DNA of 63,615 bases, filler included, from Octopus bimaculoides (GCF_001194135.2; 7 parts of 6 records of this genome joined end to end with filler, not necessarily neighbours in it); one strand, 5' to 3'. Positions 39,490 through 51,455 are shown, numbered from the whole stretch's first letter. The notes: generated from the sequence alone by a model not told the origin. Program-made: numbers and translations.

Positions 39490-41018
39490 GGGAAAGCGGT
39501 CAGCAGATTAAGTGAAACCATTGAGAAAGTCAATGCGACCGACATGCTGTGGCGAAAATGGTACTTAATCATTTCTTCAACACGAAATAAGAGATGTTGT
39601 ATTGCCAGAGCAAAGACAACTGGTTTTTTGAACACAAATGAATAAAACCGGCTCGATTGGCACGGTTTACAAAGACAATGCTTAGGAAGAAAACCACCCC
39701 GGCCCTTTAACTGACCGCGATGGGCTCGTGCTTTTCGATTCCAAGCAGTTCAGTGCAGTTTTCCAGCAACACATTACCCCATTGTTTGCGGACAGACCGA
39801 AGAGCGTTTTCTTTACTATCTGCCTCGTTGATCTGGTGTAACTTGGCACAAAAGCTGAATAATTAGGAAAAAACAAGAACAATATCAGAAAAATGCTGAA
39901 GGTGAATGGTGATGCAAGACGAAAATTGTCCGGTTTTGTTGGTCTGCTTTATAAGTGTTATGGATACATGCCAAATTTGTTGTTCACAGTCTTTGCAGAT
40001 GCCTATTGCAGTAACTGGCAACAGATTGAAAGCAATCTTAGCTGTGTTAACTATCGACTGTTAGCCATATTGAAGAAACAAGATTACACAGGAAGTATAA
40101 CTGACAGTTTTCCGTGCACGAAATCCTAAACACTTTCTAGATGTATTCTTGAAGTTCTTCATCATTTGTATCCCTGAGTTTGTCCATGAAGACTGCATTA
40201 TAGATTTCTTCTGCGAACCGTACATCCACGCCACGGTACATCTGTTGCGTTTAATGCTTGAAATCTTCAGCAAAACCATCCAGACACTTTAGCTGAAGTA
40301 TATCGGATGATTCACAGCGTTTTAAGAGCTTAGCAAAAAAGAGCCCTAAAACTCTTGGATGGTCCATATCTAAAGACTTCTGACTATGTTGTACCTACAA
40401 TTATTCTCCAGCAGCCCAAGTATAAAGTATGTCTGTCTGTCTATGTGTGTTTGTCTCTCTCTCTCTCTCTCTCNNNNNNNNNNCTCTCTCTCTCTCTCTC
40501 TCTCTCTTTCTTTCTCTCTCTCTCTCATGGGGGAAATTAACTAAGTGTACGGATCTAAGTAAAATTTTTGAAGTTACTTCTGCCAGTAAATTATGAGTTT
40601 GCTTTTGTCAGTAAATCGCTCAACAACAAAAAACACAAAGAAATTTGTAGGTAAATTCAACGAAGTGTACGGATTGAAATAAAATTTATGGAGTTACTTC
40701 TGTCAGGAAATTATGTATGAAATTACTATCATCAGTAATTGTGAACTTCTTTTTGTCAGTAGTTTGTTGTTGTTGTTTGTAAATAGCGATTGAAAACTTA
40801 CAGTGAAAACAATATCGTTTTACTAATTTATATATACTATGAATCATTTGATATTTAATATAATATTATCTAATTTGTATACAATACTATAACAATATAA
40901 TAAATTCATAGCGTCTCCCAATCCTTTTCCTTCCTCCCAACGCCTCCTTTTTCTTCACTGCCCCCTTAGGCACCAGCGCCCAGCTGGACCGTCTCAGCGC
41001 CCACTTTGAGAACCTATG
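39490..41018 (+). mobile_element. Probable highly decayed hAT transposon (3' part)
   Basis: Fragments LQHEIRDVV, TEERFLY and VLWIHAKFVVHSL loosely resemble hAT motifs. Right end TTTGAGAACCTATG is followed by CTCTAAAG (Buster-like target). A subterminal direct repeat lies at ~40550-40720. Confidence 0.45.
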
Positions 41019-41281
41019 CTCTAAAGACCGTATATTTTCTGCAGAGTGCAATGACCGGATGGACAGTGTTACTGCAATATAGTTGATCGATAATTGCAGT
41101 ATACAGTATATTGTGCTGTATATGTGGGAATAAAATATACAGTATATTGTGTCGTGTGTAGTTGTAGCGTGCGGATGTGAATAGAAAGTTGTTTTGGGGT
41201 CGCTTCCGGTTTTGCTCCTTCCTCGTTGCTAATGTGAATATACGCTAATATAATATAATAAATAATATAATATATATAATA

Positions 41282-41407
41282 CGGGGTGATTCAAAAGTCG
41301 CCACACATAAGAACAATTTATTTTTTTAATAAGAAACAGTTTTTATTTAACTGTTCCTTATAACAGAATATATTTTTCCTATGTGTGGTGACTTTTGAAT
41401 CATCCTG
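41282..41407. mobile_element. Tc1/mariner MITE (126 bp)
   Basis: 28-bp TIRs CGGGGTGATTCAAAAGTCGCCACACATA and TATGTGTGGTGACTTTTGAATCATCCTG, with TA on both sides. Confidence 0.85.
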
Positions 41408-41411
41408 TATA

Positions 41412-41840
41412 ATCCTTTCTACTATCGGCACAAAGCCTCAAATTTGGGGGAGGGGTTTAAGTCGATTTCATCGACCCCAGTACTCAACTGGTACTTAATC
41501 TATCGACCCCGAAAGGATGTAAGGCAAAGTCGACCTCGGTGGAATTTGAACTCAGAACGTAAAGACAGACGAAATACCGCTAAGCATTTCGCCCGGCGTG
41601 CTAACGTTTCTTATTTCTTTATTTCCCACAAGGGGCTAAACATAGAGGGCACAAAAAAGGACAGACAAAGGGATTAAGTCGATTACATCGACCCTAGTGT
41701 GTAACTGGTACTTAATTTATCGACCCCGAAAGGATGAATGGTAAAGTCGACCTCGGCGGAATTTGAACTCAGAACGTAACGGCAGACGAAATACTAAGCA
41801 TTTCGCCCGACGTGCTAACGTTTCTGCCAGCTCACCGCCG
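41412..41840 (-). mobile_element. Two adjacent SINE family B copies with different tails
   Basis: Core repeated at ~41460-41600 and ~41680-41830. Confidence 0.85.
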
Positions 41841-41999
41841 TTAATATAATTTTATAACTGGTAAATGCGTGAATTAAGTTTGTATTAACATTATAATCAA
41901 CAAATAATATAAAATGCTTCCGTTCATTTTAGAGTCGGATCTTAACCAGGAGTATTTCAGATCATGGCGTGCAATTTTGATTATGTCATATCCGTGTAA

Positions 42000-42355
42000 T
42001 GGCACTCCGTCGGTTACGACGACGAGGGTTCCAGTTGATCCGATCAACAGAACAGCCTGCTCGTCACATTAACATGCATGTGGCTGAGCACTTCACAGAC
42101 ACGTGTACCCTTAACGTAGTTCTCGGGGATATTCAGCGTGACACAGAGTGTGACGAGGCTGGCCCCTTCGAAATACAAGTACAACAGAAACAGGAAGAAA
42201 GAGTGAGAGAAAGTTGCGTGTGAAAGAGTACAGTAGAATTCGTGGAGCTTCAAATGTTTTCGTTCAATAAACACTCACAACGCCGTCTGAGAATCGAAAC
42301 CGCGATCCTACGACCGCGAGTCTGCTACCCTAACCATTGGGCCATTGCGCCTCCA
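42000..42355 (-). mobile_element. SINE family A
   Basis: Near full-length match. Confidence 0.9.
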
Positions 42356-42682
42356 CACCCGTATAGTGAATGTTATAAACTAGAACTATATTCTTGATGA
42401 TCAATTTAATAGGGCGTTATTTGAGCTTCTCTTTTTCTAGACGGATTCCTCATTGAAAGGGGCAATATTTACTGTTAATATTGATATGTTGATAAGGAGG
42501 TACCTGACTGTTTTGAGATTGGTATTGGCAGCGAGTTTTAGATGAAGCTCTGTAAGTATTCTAATGAAGGTTCTCTAATATTATTCATATCCTACAGTTC
42601 TGTATTTAAGAGATGAGGATTTATTTACATTATCTACATTATTTACATTTGACGGATATTTGTCCTCATCTTATTTGTTGTT

Positions 42683-42728
42683 GACACAAGGTTTCGGCTG
42701 ATATACCCTCCAGCCTTCATCAGGTATC
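42683..42728 (-). ncRNA. Minimal hammerhead ribozyme motif
   Basis: GATAC-CTGATGA-A-GGCTG(GAGGGTATAT)CAGCC-GAAA-CC-TT-GTGTC: intact core with stems I and II paired. Confidence 0.7.
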
Positions 42729-42774
42729 TTGGGAAATTTCGAACCTGGGTTCTCATTCTTAAGGTATTTTTCGA

Positions 42775-42805
<31 letters not shown>

Positions 42806-43069
42806 TAGGTCACTGCCTCGAATTGAACTCGGAATTTGGGGTTAGTAGCCCGCTCTCTTAACCATTACGCCATATGCCCGTGAAGTTAGAATTATAGACA
42901 GGAAGTACCAATGTAAAATACGAAAACTAAGAGAAGCAGCACATATGCTAGGACACAACAACCTCGTAAGCAGACCGAGTGCAGATATGAACAGCATATG
43001 AGAACCGGTATTGAAGAAGGATAGGAGAATATTAGATTTATAAGCCCTAAAATTCACTCCATAATTGCC

Positions 43070-43160
43070 CACGGGTATATGGCGTAGTGGTAAAGAGCGC
43101 GGGCTACTAAGATTCTGAGTTCGATTCTAGGTAATGACCTAATTCTGAGTTCGATTCTAG
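43070..43160 (+). promoter_or_regulatory. tRNA-like Pol III internal promoter within the Penelope terminal repeat
   Basis: A box TGGCGTAGTGG (43080-43090) and B box GAGTTCGATTC (43117-43127). The B-box segment is tandemly duplicated in this copy. Confidence 0.7.
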
Positions 43161-43231
43161 GCAATAACCTGAATAGTAATAGTATCGAAAAATACTTTAG
43201 GAATGGGAACTCAAGTTCGAAATTTTCTCAA

Positions 43232-43277
43232 GACACCCGATGAAGGCTGGAGGGTATATCAGCTGAAACTTCGTGTT
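43232..43277 (+). ncRNA. Hammerhead motif, mutated copy
   Basis: GACAC-CCGATGA-A-GGCTG..CAGCT-GAAA-CT-TC-GTGTT; the core carries a U4C change. Confidence 0.5.
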
Positions 43278-44136
43278 AACAAGAAACAAGATGAGGACAA
43301 ATATCCGTCAAATGTAAATAATATAAATATTCATATCCTGTCGGGTTTTTGTTTTCTGGTTTGTTTTTGGTGTATCATCCCAAACCCGTTGTCCCTCTAT
43401 AATCCAGTAATAATACGTTTTATTCCATTGCTTGTCTTATATTGGTCTCTGGCTTCTGCTTCATCGTAGTTCATCACCCTCCTTATCGTTGGATAGCAAT
43501 GATTTTTGCGTTCGTAGTTATGTTAATGTTGGAATTAATAATTATTGCGTATAACTTACTAAACTCAAACAGTTTGAAATTGATCGTCTGTTGAGGACGA
43601 GGACTCGGTCTCAACGATATCGAATCATATAAACTTACATTCGGGTTTATCATTGATGCACTTAAACTATTCAAAGTATTAGCAACGCTACAAAGTGATT
43701 TATTGAGGTATTCGCAGAATAATCTTATCTAGTGTTTTATTACTTTGTGGTTTTGATTTGTTTTGGGGTGGTATTTTTTTTTTTGCTAAAAATTCCTATT
43801 TCACGCAGTGGGATTGCTTAGTCTGTAGCTGAGATTGGTGGTGGGGGGGGGGGGTTAAATTCTGATCATTCAGTGTCAGATATTGTCTGCGTGCTCAAGA
43901 TGTTCTCCTTGATCGTCAATATTTAGTTTGGGCCTCAGCATTTTTGCTTTATCATTAGTTTTGTTCTTACGTAACCTAGCGCTAGATTCTCATATGTTTC
44001 TTGTACGTTCATGCAATAACATGGATTGTCTATCAGTAGGTTATTGCGGTGGGGCATGGCTTAGTGGGAACGGGTATTAGACTCATGATCGCTAGGTCAC
44101 TGGTAGTACAAACTTCTAATATTTTTTATTACCCTG

Positions 44137-44173
<37 letters not shown>

Positions 44174-44174
44174 T

Positions 44175-44758
44175 CGATGGGTTTCTTTCAGTTTCTGCTT
44201 GCCAAATCCACTCACAAGGCTTTAGTCGGTCCGAGGCTATAGTAGAAGACACTTGTCCAAGGTNNNNNNNNNNNNNNNNNNNNNNNNNNNNNNNNNNNNN
44301 NNNNNNNNNNNNNNNNNNNNNNNNNNNNNNNNNNNNNNNNNNNNNNNNNNNNNNNNNNNNNNNNNNNNNNNNNNNNNNNNNNNNNNNNNNNNNNNNNNNN
44401 NNNNNNNNNNNNNNNNNNNNNNNNNNNNNNNNNNNNNNNNNNNNNNNNNNNNNNNNNNNNNNNNNNNNNNNNNNNNNNNNNNNNNNNNNNNNNNNNNNNN
44501 NNNNNNNNNNNNNNNNNNNNNNNNNNNNNNNNNNNNNNNNNNNNNNNNNNNNNNNNNNNNNNNNNNNNNNNNNNNNNNNNNNNNNNNNNNNNNNNNNNNN
44601 NNNNNNNNNNNNNNNNNNNNNNNNNNNNNNNNNNNNNNNNNNNNNNNNNNNNNNNNNNNNNNNNNNNNNNNNNNNNNNNNNNNNNNNNNNNNNNNNNNNN
44701 NNGAAACCACAATCCTACACTCATGAGAGCAGCACCTTTTCCACTCAGCCAGTCGCCT

Positions 44759-44760
<2 letters not shown>
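44175..44760 (-). mobile_element. SINE family C head spanning a gap
   Basis: Matching halves on either side of the N run. Confidence 0.65.
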
Positions 44761-44834
<74 letters not shown>

Positions 44835-45191
44835 GTATTTATGTATGCATGTATGTGTGTATACGTGTGTGTATACGAGTATGTGCATAAGTGTGTATAT
44901 CTTGACAACACACAATCGCACACACACATGCATACATACATACACACATACATACATACATACATACATAACTTTGATAGGTTTCGGCCAGTATAGCCCC
45001 AGGCCATGATCAACTCAGTAGCTGGCCAATCAGGAAACAGTTCCTTAGAACCGGATCTAACCAGTAGATAGATATCTAACGATGTTATCTTCATGGAGCA
45101 TGTCCTTTTATTAATGTCCCCTCTTTAAGTATCCTTAAATGGAAATCGATCATTCTAACGTCCACCAGATAATTGTTATTATCATCATCAG

Positions 45192-45275
<84 letters not shown>

Positions 45276-45300
45276 CATCAGCATTATTATTATTATTATT

Positions 45301-45352
45301 CAGTAGTTTTATTTTTATAACGTGCTTTCACTTCACTACCGAGCGCAGCTCT
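45301..45352 (-). mobile_element. 3' end of the same Dong-like family as 13166-13545, ending in (TAA)n
   Basis: Nearly identical 50-nt terminus with the same junction. Confidence 0.8.
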
Positions 45353-46345
45353 NNNNNNNNNNNNNNNNNNNNNNNNNNNNNNNNNNNNNNNNNNNNNNNN
45401 NNNNNNNNNNNNNNNNNNNNNNNNNNNNNNNNNNNNNNNNNNNNNNNNNNNNNNNNNNNNNNNNNNNNNNNNNNNNNNNNNNNNNNNNNNNNNNNNNNNN
45501 NNNNNNNNNNNNNNNNNNNNNNNNNNNNNNNNNNNNNNNNNNNNNNNNNNNNNNNNNNNNNNNNNNNNNNNNNNNNNNNNNNNNNNNNNNNNNNNNNNNN
45601 NNNNNNNNNNNNNNNNNNNNNNNNNNNNNNNNNNNNNNNNNNNNNNNNNNNNNNNNNNNNNNNNNNNNNNNNNNNNNNNNNNNNNNNNNNNNNNNNNNNN
45701 NNNNNNNNNNNNNNNNNNNNNNNNNNNNNNNNNNNNNNNNNNNNNNNNNNNNNNNNNNNNNNNNNNNNNNNNNNNNNNNNNNNNNNNNNNNNNNNNNNNN
45801 NNNNNNNNNNNNNNNNNNNNNNNNNNNNNNNNNNNNNNNNNNNNNNNNNNNNNNNNNNNNNNNNNNNNNNNNNNNNNNNNNNNNNNNNNNNNNNNNNNNN
45901 NNNNNNNNNNNNNNNNNNNNNNNNNNNNNNNNNNNNNNNNNNNNNNNNNNNNNNNNNNNNNNNNNNNNNNNNNNNNNNNNNNNNNNNNNNNNNNNNNNNN
46001 NNNNNNNNNNNNNNNNNNNNNNNNNNNNNNNNNNNNNNNNNNNNNNNNNNNNNNNNNNNNNNNNNNNNNNNNNNNNNNNNNNNNNNNNNNNNNNNNNNNN
46101 NNNNNNNNNNNNNNNNNNNNNNNNNNNNNNNNNNNNNNNNNNNNNNNNNNNNNNNNNNNNNNNNNNNNNNNNNNNNNNNNNNNNNNNNNNNNNNNNNNNN
46201 NNNNNTATGTGTGTGTGTGTGTGTGTGTATGTGTGTGTATGCGTATTTATGAATGTGTGTATATATTTACACTAATATGCGTATGCCTGGTTATATATAT
46301 GTACGTGTATAGATTTGTGGCGTCTTAGATGTGTGCATGTTTCTA

Positions 46346-46376
<31 letters not shown>

Positions 46377-46622
46377 ATGTATGCGAATGTACATGTACAT
46401 CGTTAGATAGACAGATAGATAAGGAGTTCAATATTTTTTTCCGGACGATTAAACTTGTTTTGAGAGTAGAGGTATGCTCCACTGGTTTGCGGATGATATA
46501 TATATGTTCAGAAATGTACTCAACCGTGATTATGCTGTGTTTGTGTGTATGTGTGTGCACGCACGCTCGTGTGTGTATGCATATACACATAAACACACAT
46601 ATATGCATATATATATATACTT

Positions 46623-46654
<32 letters not shown>

Positions 46655-46687
46655 ACATATATATATGATATACATAAATATAATACA

Positions 46688-46817
46688 TGTGGTAAGAAGC
46701 TTGCTTCCCAACCACATGGTTCCGGGTTCAGTCCCACTGTATCGCACCTTGGGCAAGTGTCTTCTACTCAAAGCCTTGAGAGTGGATTTGGCAGACGGAA
46801 ATTGAAAGAAGCTCGTC

Positions 46818-46892
<75 letters not shown>

Positions 46893-47112
46893 TGTGTGTA
46901 TTTGTGTGTCTGTGTTTGTCCCCCCACTATTAGTTGACAACCGATGCTGGTGTGTTTATGTCCCCATAACTTAGCGACTCCGTCAAAAGAGACCGATAGG
47001 ATAAGTATTAGGCTTACAAGGAATAAGTCCTGGGCTCGATTTGTTCGACTAAAGGCGGTGCTCCAGCAAGGCCGCAGTCAAATGACTGAAACATGTAAAA
47101 GAATGAAAGAAT
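46688..47112 (+). mobile_element. SINE family C, full length with internal (TA)n
   Basis: Head, internal microsatellite, 3' domain and AAAGAAT tail. Confidence 0.88.
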
Positions 47113-47699
47113 AATAGAATACACACACACACGCACACACATCTATTTATTTATATATTGTTTTTACTATTTATATATCGAGTTAGAAAACAGATTATAT
47201 TAAACGATATGCTCTCATTCGAAGGTGAAACATTGTCATTGAGAGAAACGGTGACTATGTTAAAAAGTAGGGATGTGATCCACAGAGGACCAGCTTCATT
47301 TTGATGTATGATACATGTTCCTGTGTTGGTAATTATACCGGTCCTAAACATAGCATTACTTTTTGATTCACCGTGTTGCAAGATATTTTCCCGAGAATAC
47401 CTAACAAGTATCGTATGAATAGCGTTGGCATTTGCACACGGCTTTGCCCGAATCGTACTGTAGCATCAAGCTATTTAAAACTAAAGTCCATCTGCTTAAA
47501 CTGAGCCCTGGGTTCAGTAATAAGGGTCCACGTCATATGACTCGCATAGGAATGAATTTTTCCGGGCATTGAAACCTTAAAATGTGCTACAGATCCGATT
47601 TTCTTACGGAGTCGAATACCTGCATGAAGAATGCATTTGATTCTGTTCCACACATTTTTCTAGGATTTCGCGAAGATAGAACACCATATTTAGAATGCT

Positions 47700-49150
47700 T
47701 CTTCTCTTTCTCAACTAATATTGGCTTTCAGGAGGAACAACTGTGATTCTCGAACTCAGCCTTTTGAGCAATATTCTTCCCTGCAAGAACTTTTCAAATA
47801 TAGAAAAATCTCTCGATAGTTCCTGCATCCATTCCCATCGACCTTCTTAAATATAGAGATGGTGCTATACCATCTTTCCATTATCAATGTTTCTTCACCA
47901 ACCTCCAACATCACCTAATGAACCATCCTGTGGGTTTGTCATTTCAGTTTTTTTCCACACTTCTGCGTGTTGGTATTGGTTGGTACCTTGTTCACTCTTG
48001 GCGACCTTTCTATCTAACTTTTGACCATCACATCATCTGCGCTTGAAAGATCATCCAAGATATATCACTAGAATGCTGCATCTCATTTTCCAAAGCTTCA
48101 GGATCGATCATTAAAAGTGCACTGTAAAGTAGTAACTATTTGTCCCTTTTCCTAAAACATTATTGATTCCAGAGACTCATTGATATCTTTCCATTCAAAT
48201 TCTCTGTGGCTATTTTATTGTGTCGAGCAGTTCTGGACCTCGTCCACTGTGAGGTCAGTGTTAAGGTTATTTAGACGAAAGAAGCTGTTGATCTTTGCCA
48301 TAATTAATCCTTCTCATCACCTTTGCATTGAATAAGTTACCTTTGTCCTACCATCTAGCTATGATGTATTCTAGGAGATGTCAGTGTTTTGAGTTTAAAT
48401 GTATCCAGATCAATTTTCGTACCTCTTCCTCCCTTTTGAAGACTTTTCGGATATCCTCCTCCCTTTTGAAGATAGTGTTGTCGGTAAAGCTGAATCACTG
48501 CCCAGAGCACAAAATGGAAAGAAGGCCTCCTCATCAATTATACCATCCCTCATCATGTTTGCTTTTGCTATCAAATCATTTCTCATCTTCGCATCCAATT
48601 CAGTCATTGAAATCACTCTTTATTGTCAGACTGTCTCTCGATTATGCTGGTCGTAAGAAAGTAAGACATTGACCGACGTGGCATCCCTTTCCAATGGCAA
48701 TTCTAAGACTTATTATCCAGCCATTAATAACCGTTTGTTTTTGCTCTAATTTGGCAATTTTTTTTTGTCACCCTTTCAAAGCCTAGCCAGGCTCATGGGC
48801 CCGGTTTCCCGGTTTCTATGGCGTATGTGTTCTCCCCAGCTGGACGGGACGCCAGTCCATCGCAGAATTTGGCAATAATTCTATTTTATTTCTTTTTATT
48901 GGAAAACTAACCCCGAACACATATCTCTGTACTCAGCAATATTGTCATTTATTCAGAGAGTCTGGACCTGCGATGTCCAACTACATCGATGTCGTAGCTT
49001 TCTAGCTCCAGTACCACCAGTTCAATAAAACTCTCAGGTCAGTCAGTCTCTCCTCTCTCGAGCAAAGTTCTCACAATCCATTGAGTCCGTTAAATGCTCA
49101 GTTTCCTGCATATTGCTGAAGTGTATCGCTTCTGCTCGGAGCAGGAGACA
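47700..49150 (-). mobile_element. Old RTE-like LINE, 5' half (APE to RT start)
   Basis: Fragments WIVRTLLE..PESFIELVVLELESYDIDVV, LEYIIARW.DKG..NAKVMR and FKKVDGNGCRNYR..ILLKRL. Confidence 0.6.
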
Positions 49151-49634
49151 GCCAACTGCTTTTTTTTTTTTTTTTTTTTCTATCAGAGATCTGACCTTCA
49201 AAGAATCATTTGTTAAGTATGTGCAGCAACAGCATCCGATCCTGTTCGGCAGTAAAATAACAATAACACAACGATGAGGTTTTAGCTCTGTTACCTGAGT
49301 ATAAGAGAGATAAACTAATCAAGTCTGGCGCCGTCACTTGAATAGTTTCATCATTTAACATCATCCTCGTTTTTAGCTCTTTTATAACTGACTTAGAGAA
49401 AAATGCCAGCTAAGGCATTCCTTTTCTCTCTCTCTCTCTTTCCCCCCCCTCTCTNNNNNNNNNNNNNNNNNNNNNNNNNNNNNNNNNNNNNNNNNNNNNN
49501 NNNNNNNNNNNNNTCCCCCTCTCTCTCTCTCTCTCTCCCTCTCTCCCTCTCTCCCTCTCTCCCTCTCTTCATATCTTTCTCTCCCACTTCTTTCTCTAAC
49601 ACACATGAACACACAGATATAGACTCAAGCGGCA

Positions 49635-49787
49635 CGAACACATTTGTGCGAAATGCTTAGCGGTATTTCGTCTGTCTTTATGTTCTGAATTCAAATTCCG
49701 CCGAGGTCGACTTTGCCTTTCATCCTTTCGGGGTCGATAAATTAAGTACCAGTTGCGTACTGGAGTCGATCTAATCGACTGGCTCTA
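49635..49787 (+). mobile_element. SINE family B, partial
   Basis: Core domain present. Confidence 0.8.
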
Positions 49788-49874
49788 GATAGAAACAAAC
49801 AGGAAATAACACTTGCTGACCAAAAAAAAAAGAAACAAAAAATAAACTTTGTTGCACATTGTTAAAGTATTGAT

Positions 49875-50084
49875 GGTCTACATTATTTACATTATTTACT
49901 TTATTTACATTATTTACATTATTTACTTTATTTACATTATTTTCAATTGACGGATATTTGTCCTCATCTTGTTTGTTTTTAACACAACTTTTCGGCTGAT
50001 ATACCCTCCAGCCGTCATCAGGTGTCTTGGAGAAATTTCGTACTTGGGTTCTCATTCCTAAGGTATTTTTCGATGTTATTGTTG

Positions 50085-50149
<65 letters not shown>

Positions 50150-50255
50150 GTTATTATTATTATTATTATCATTATTATTATTCAGGTCACTCCCTGGAAT
50201 CGAACTCGGAATCTTAACCACTACGCCATATGCCGTGTTCGATTCTAGGCAGTGA

Positions 50256-50318
<63 letters not shown>
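49875..50318 (-). mobile_element. Penelope terminal-repeat copy (tRNA head, expanded AAT, hammerhead, 9-mer tail) joined head-to-head to a plus-strand fragment of itself at ~50235
   Basis: Matches 42620-42882. Hammerhead at 49981-50026 reads GACAC-CTGATGA-C-GGCTG..CAGCC-GAAA-AG-TT-GTGTT. About 7 copies of TTATTTAC(A/T) on the plus strand. Confidence 0.8.
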
Positions 50319-50575
50319 GTACTAGGCTTACAAAGAACAAGTCCTGGGGTCGATTTGCTCGATTAAAGGCGGTGCTCCAGCATGGCTACTGTCAAATGAC
50401 CGGAACAAGTAAAAGAGTAACAGTAAAGAGTATACACACACACACACACGCACACACACATAATACACACAAGCAACACTGGGCGGGAGAAGGCAAGATA
50501 TTCCTACCTCCTCTTCCATCACTCCTTTTACCCCTTATTCCTCCAACCTCCTCCTACCATTCCTCCTCCTCCTCT

Positions 50576-50613
<38 letters not shown>

Positions 50614-51175
50614 GAAGACCTTAAGGCTACAACACACAAGTGCAACACTGTGACAGCAGAGTCAGAAAACGAGATTCTGGAGAAGGGACACGGATGAAGG
50701 ATTTAGCTCTACCGGATGCCAGACATGAGGTATGGCGCCGTCATTTTCATCGTCCATACCAGGTGCGAACCGGGAATTAAAGCTGCCGGAGAGTAAAGCA
50801 GGAAACCCAAAAGAAAATTAAGCTGCCATATTTACAGGAGGTGATGGACCAATAACAATAATAAGATGCACGGAATGTGACGTCTGGCATAGAAATTCAC
50901 ATCTCTTCAGGTTTTTGGTAGCCTTCAAAGATGGCGTCAAGCGGACAACTCCGAGCAGCGACGGAGATCGTAACAAGACTTGTAGAATTATATTTGTGTC
51001 TCTTCTAAAACATGTCCTTCTTCGCATTTGGGAAATAGATATTTGTATGTGTGTGGTGTGTGTGTATCTGTGTGTATATACACACACACAGAGTCATAGA
51101 CAAACACGAACATACACATATACAAGGGAGATAACTGAAAAGACAGATAGATAAATGTATGTATGTATGCATGAA

Positions 51176-51302
51176 TGTCACTTCTATTTTTTAATTATTA
51201 GAAATCTTCCACTGAGGAGGGAGCCGGTTTCCAACAAAGATACAAGGCTCCATCTTTGGGATGTAGTTAACACAGACAAATTCTCATTTGGAACTTGAGA
51301 AA

Positions 51303-51303
<1 letters not shown>
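51176..51303 (-). mobile_element. Very short 3' end of the 38313-39060 family, (CATA)n on both sides
   Basis: High identity to 38313-38440 and the same 3' breakpoint. Confidence 0.85.
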
Positions 51304-51335
<32 letters not shown>

Positions 51336-51417
51336 TGTATGTATGTATGTATGTATGTATGTGTGTATGCATGTATGCATGTATGTATGTTTGTATGTAC
51401 GTATGTATGTATGTACG

Positions 51418-51455
<38 letters not shown>

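Larger units (their letters stand above)
42620..43330 (+). mobile_element. 5'-truncated Penelope-like element: inverted terminal repeat (42620-42882, minus) + GIY-YIG C-terminus (42882-43043) + direct terminal repeat (43070-43330)
   Basis: Translation EVRIIDRKYQCKIRKLREAAHMLGHNNLVSRPSADMNSI*EPVLKK resembles the Penelope/Poseidon endonuclease end. Both repeat copies begin CACGGG(C/T)ATATGGCGTA. Confidence 0.8.

Noticed and set aside
39490-40320. Fanzor/TnpB-like nuclease or host gene
   Set aside because: No RuvC or zinc-ribbon motifs in any frame I read; many stops; weak hAT similarity and a hAT-like end fit better.
43070-43160. Functional tRNA gene
   Set aside because: A and B boxes are present, but acceptor and anticodon stems do not close and the sequence is part of a dispersed repeat. 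The same applies to all SINE heads.
49875-49945. CRISPR-like array (here or at 59325-59674)
   Set aside because: Contiguous tandem units with no unique spacers, in a eukaryotic context.
50615-51040. Coding exon in a CpG-rich unique segment
   Set aside because: All frames examined close quickly and no convincing splice pair or homology was found; nature unresolved.
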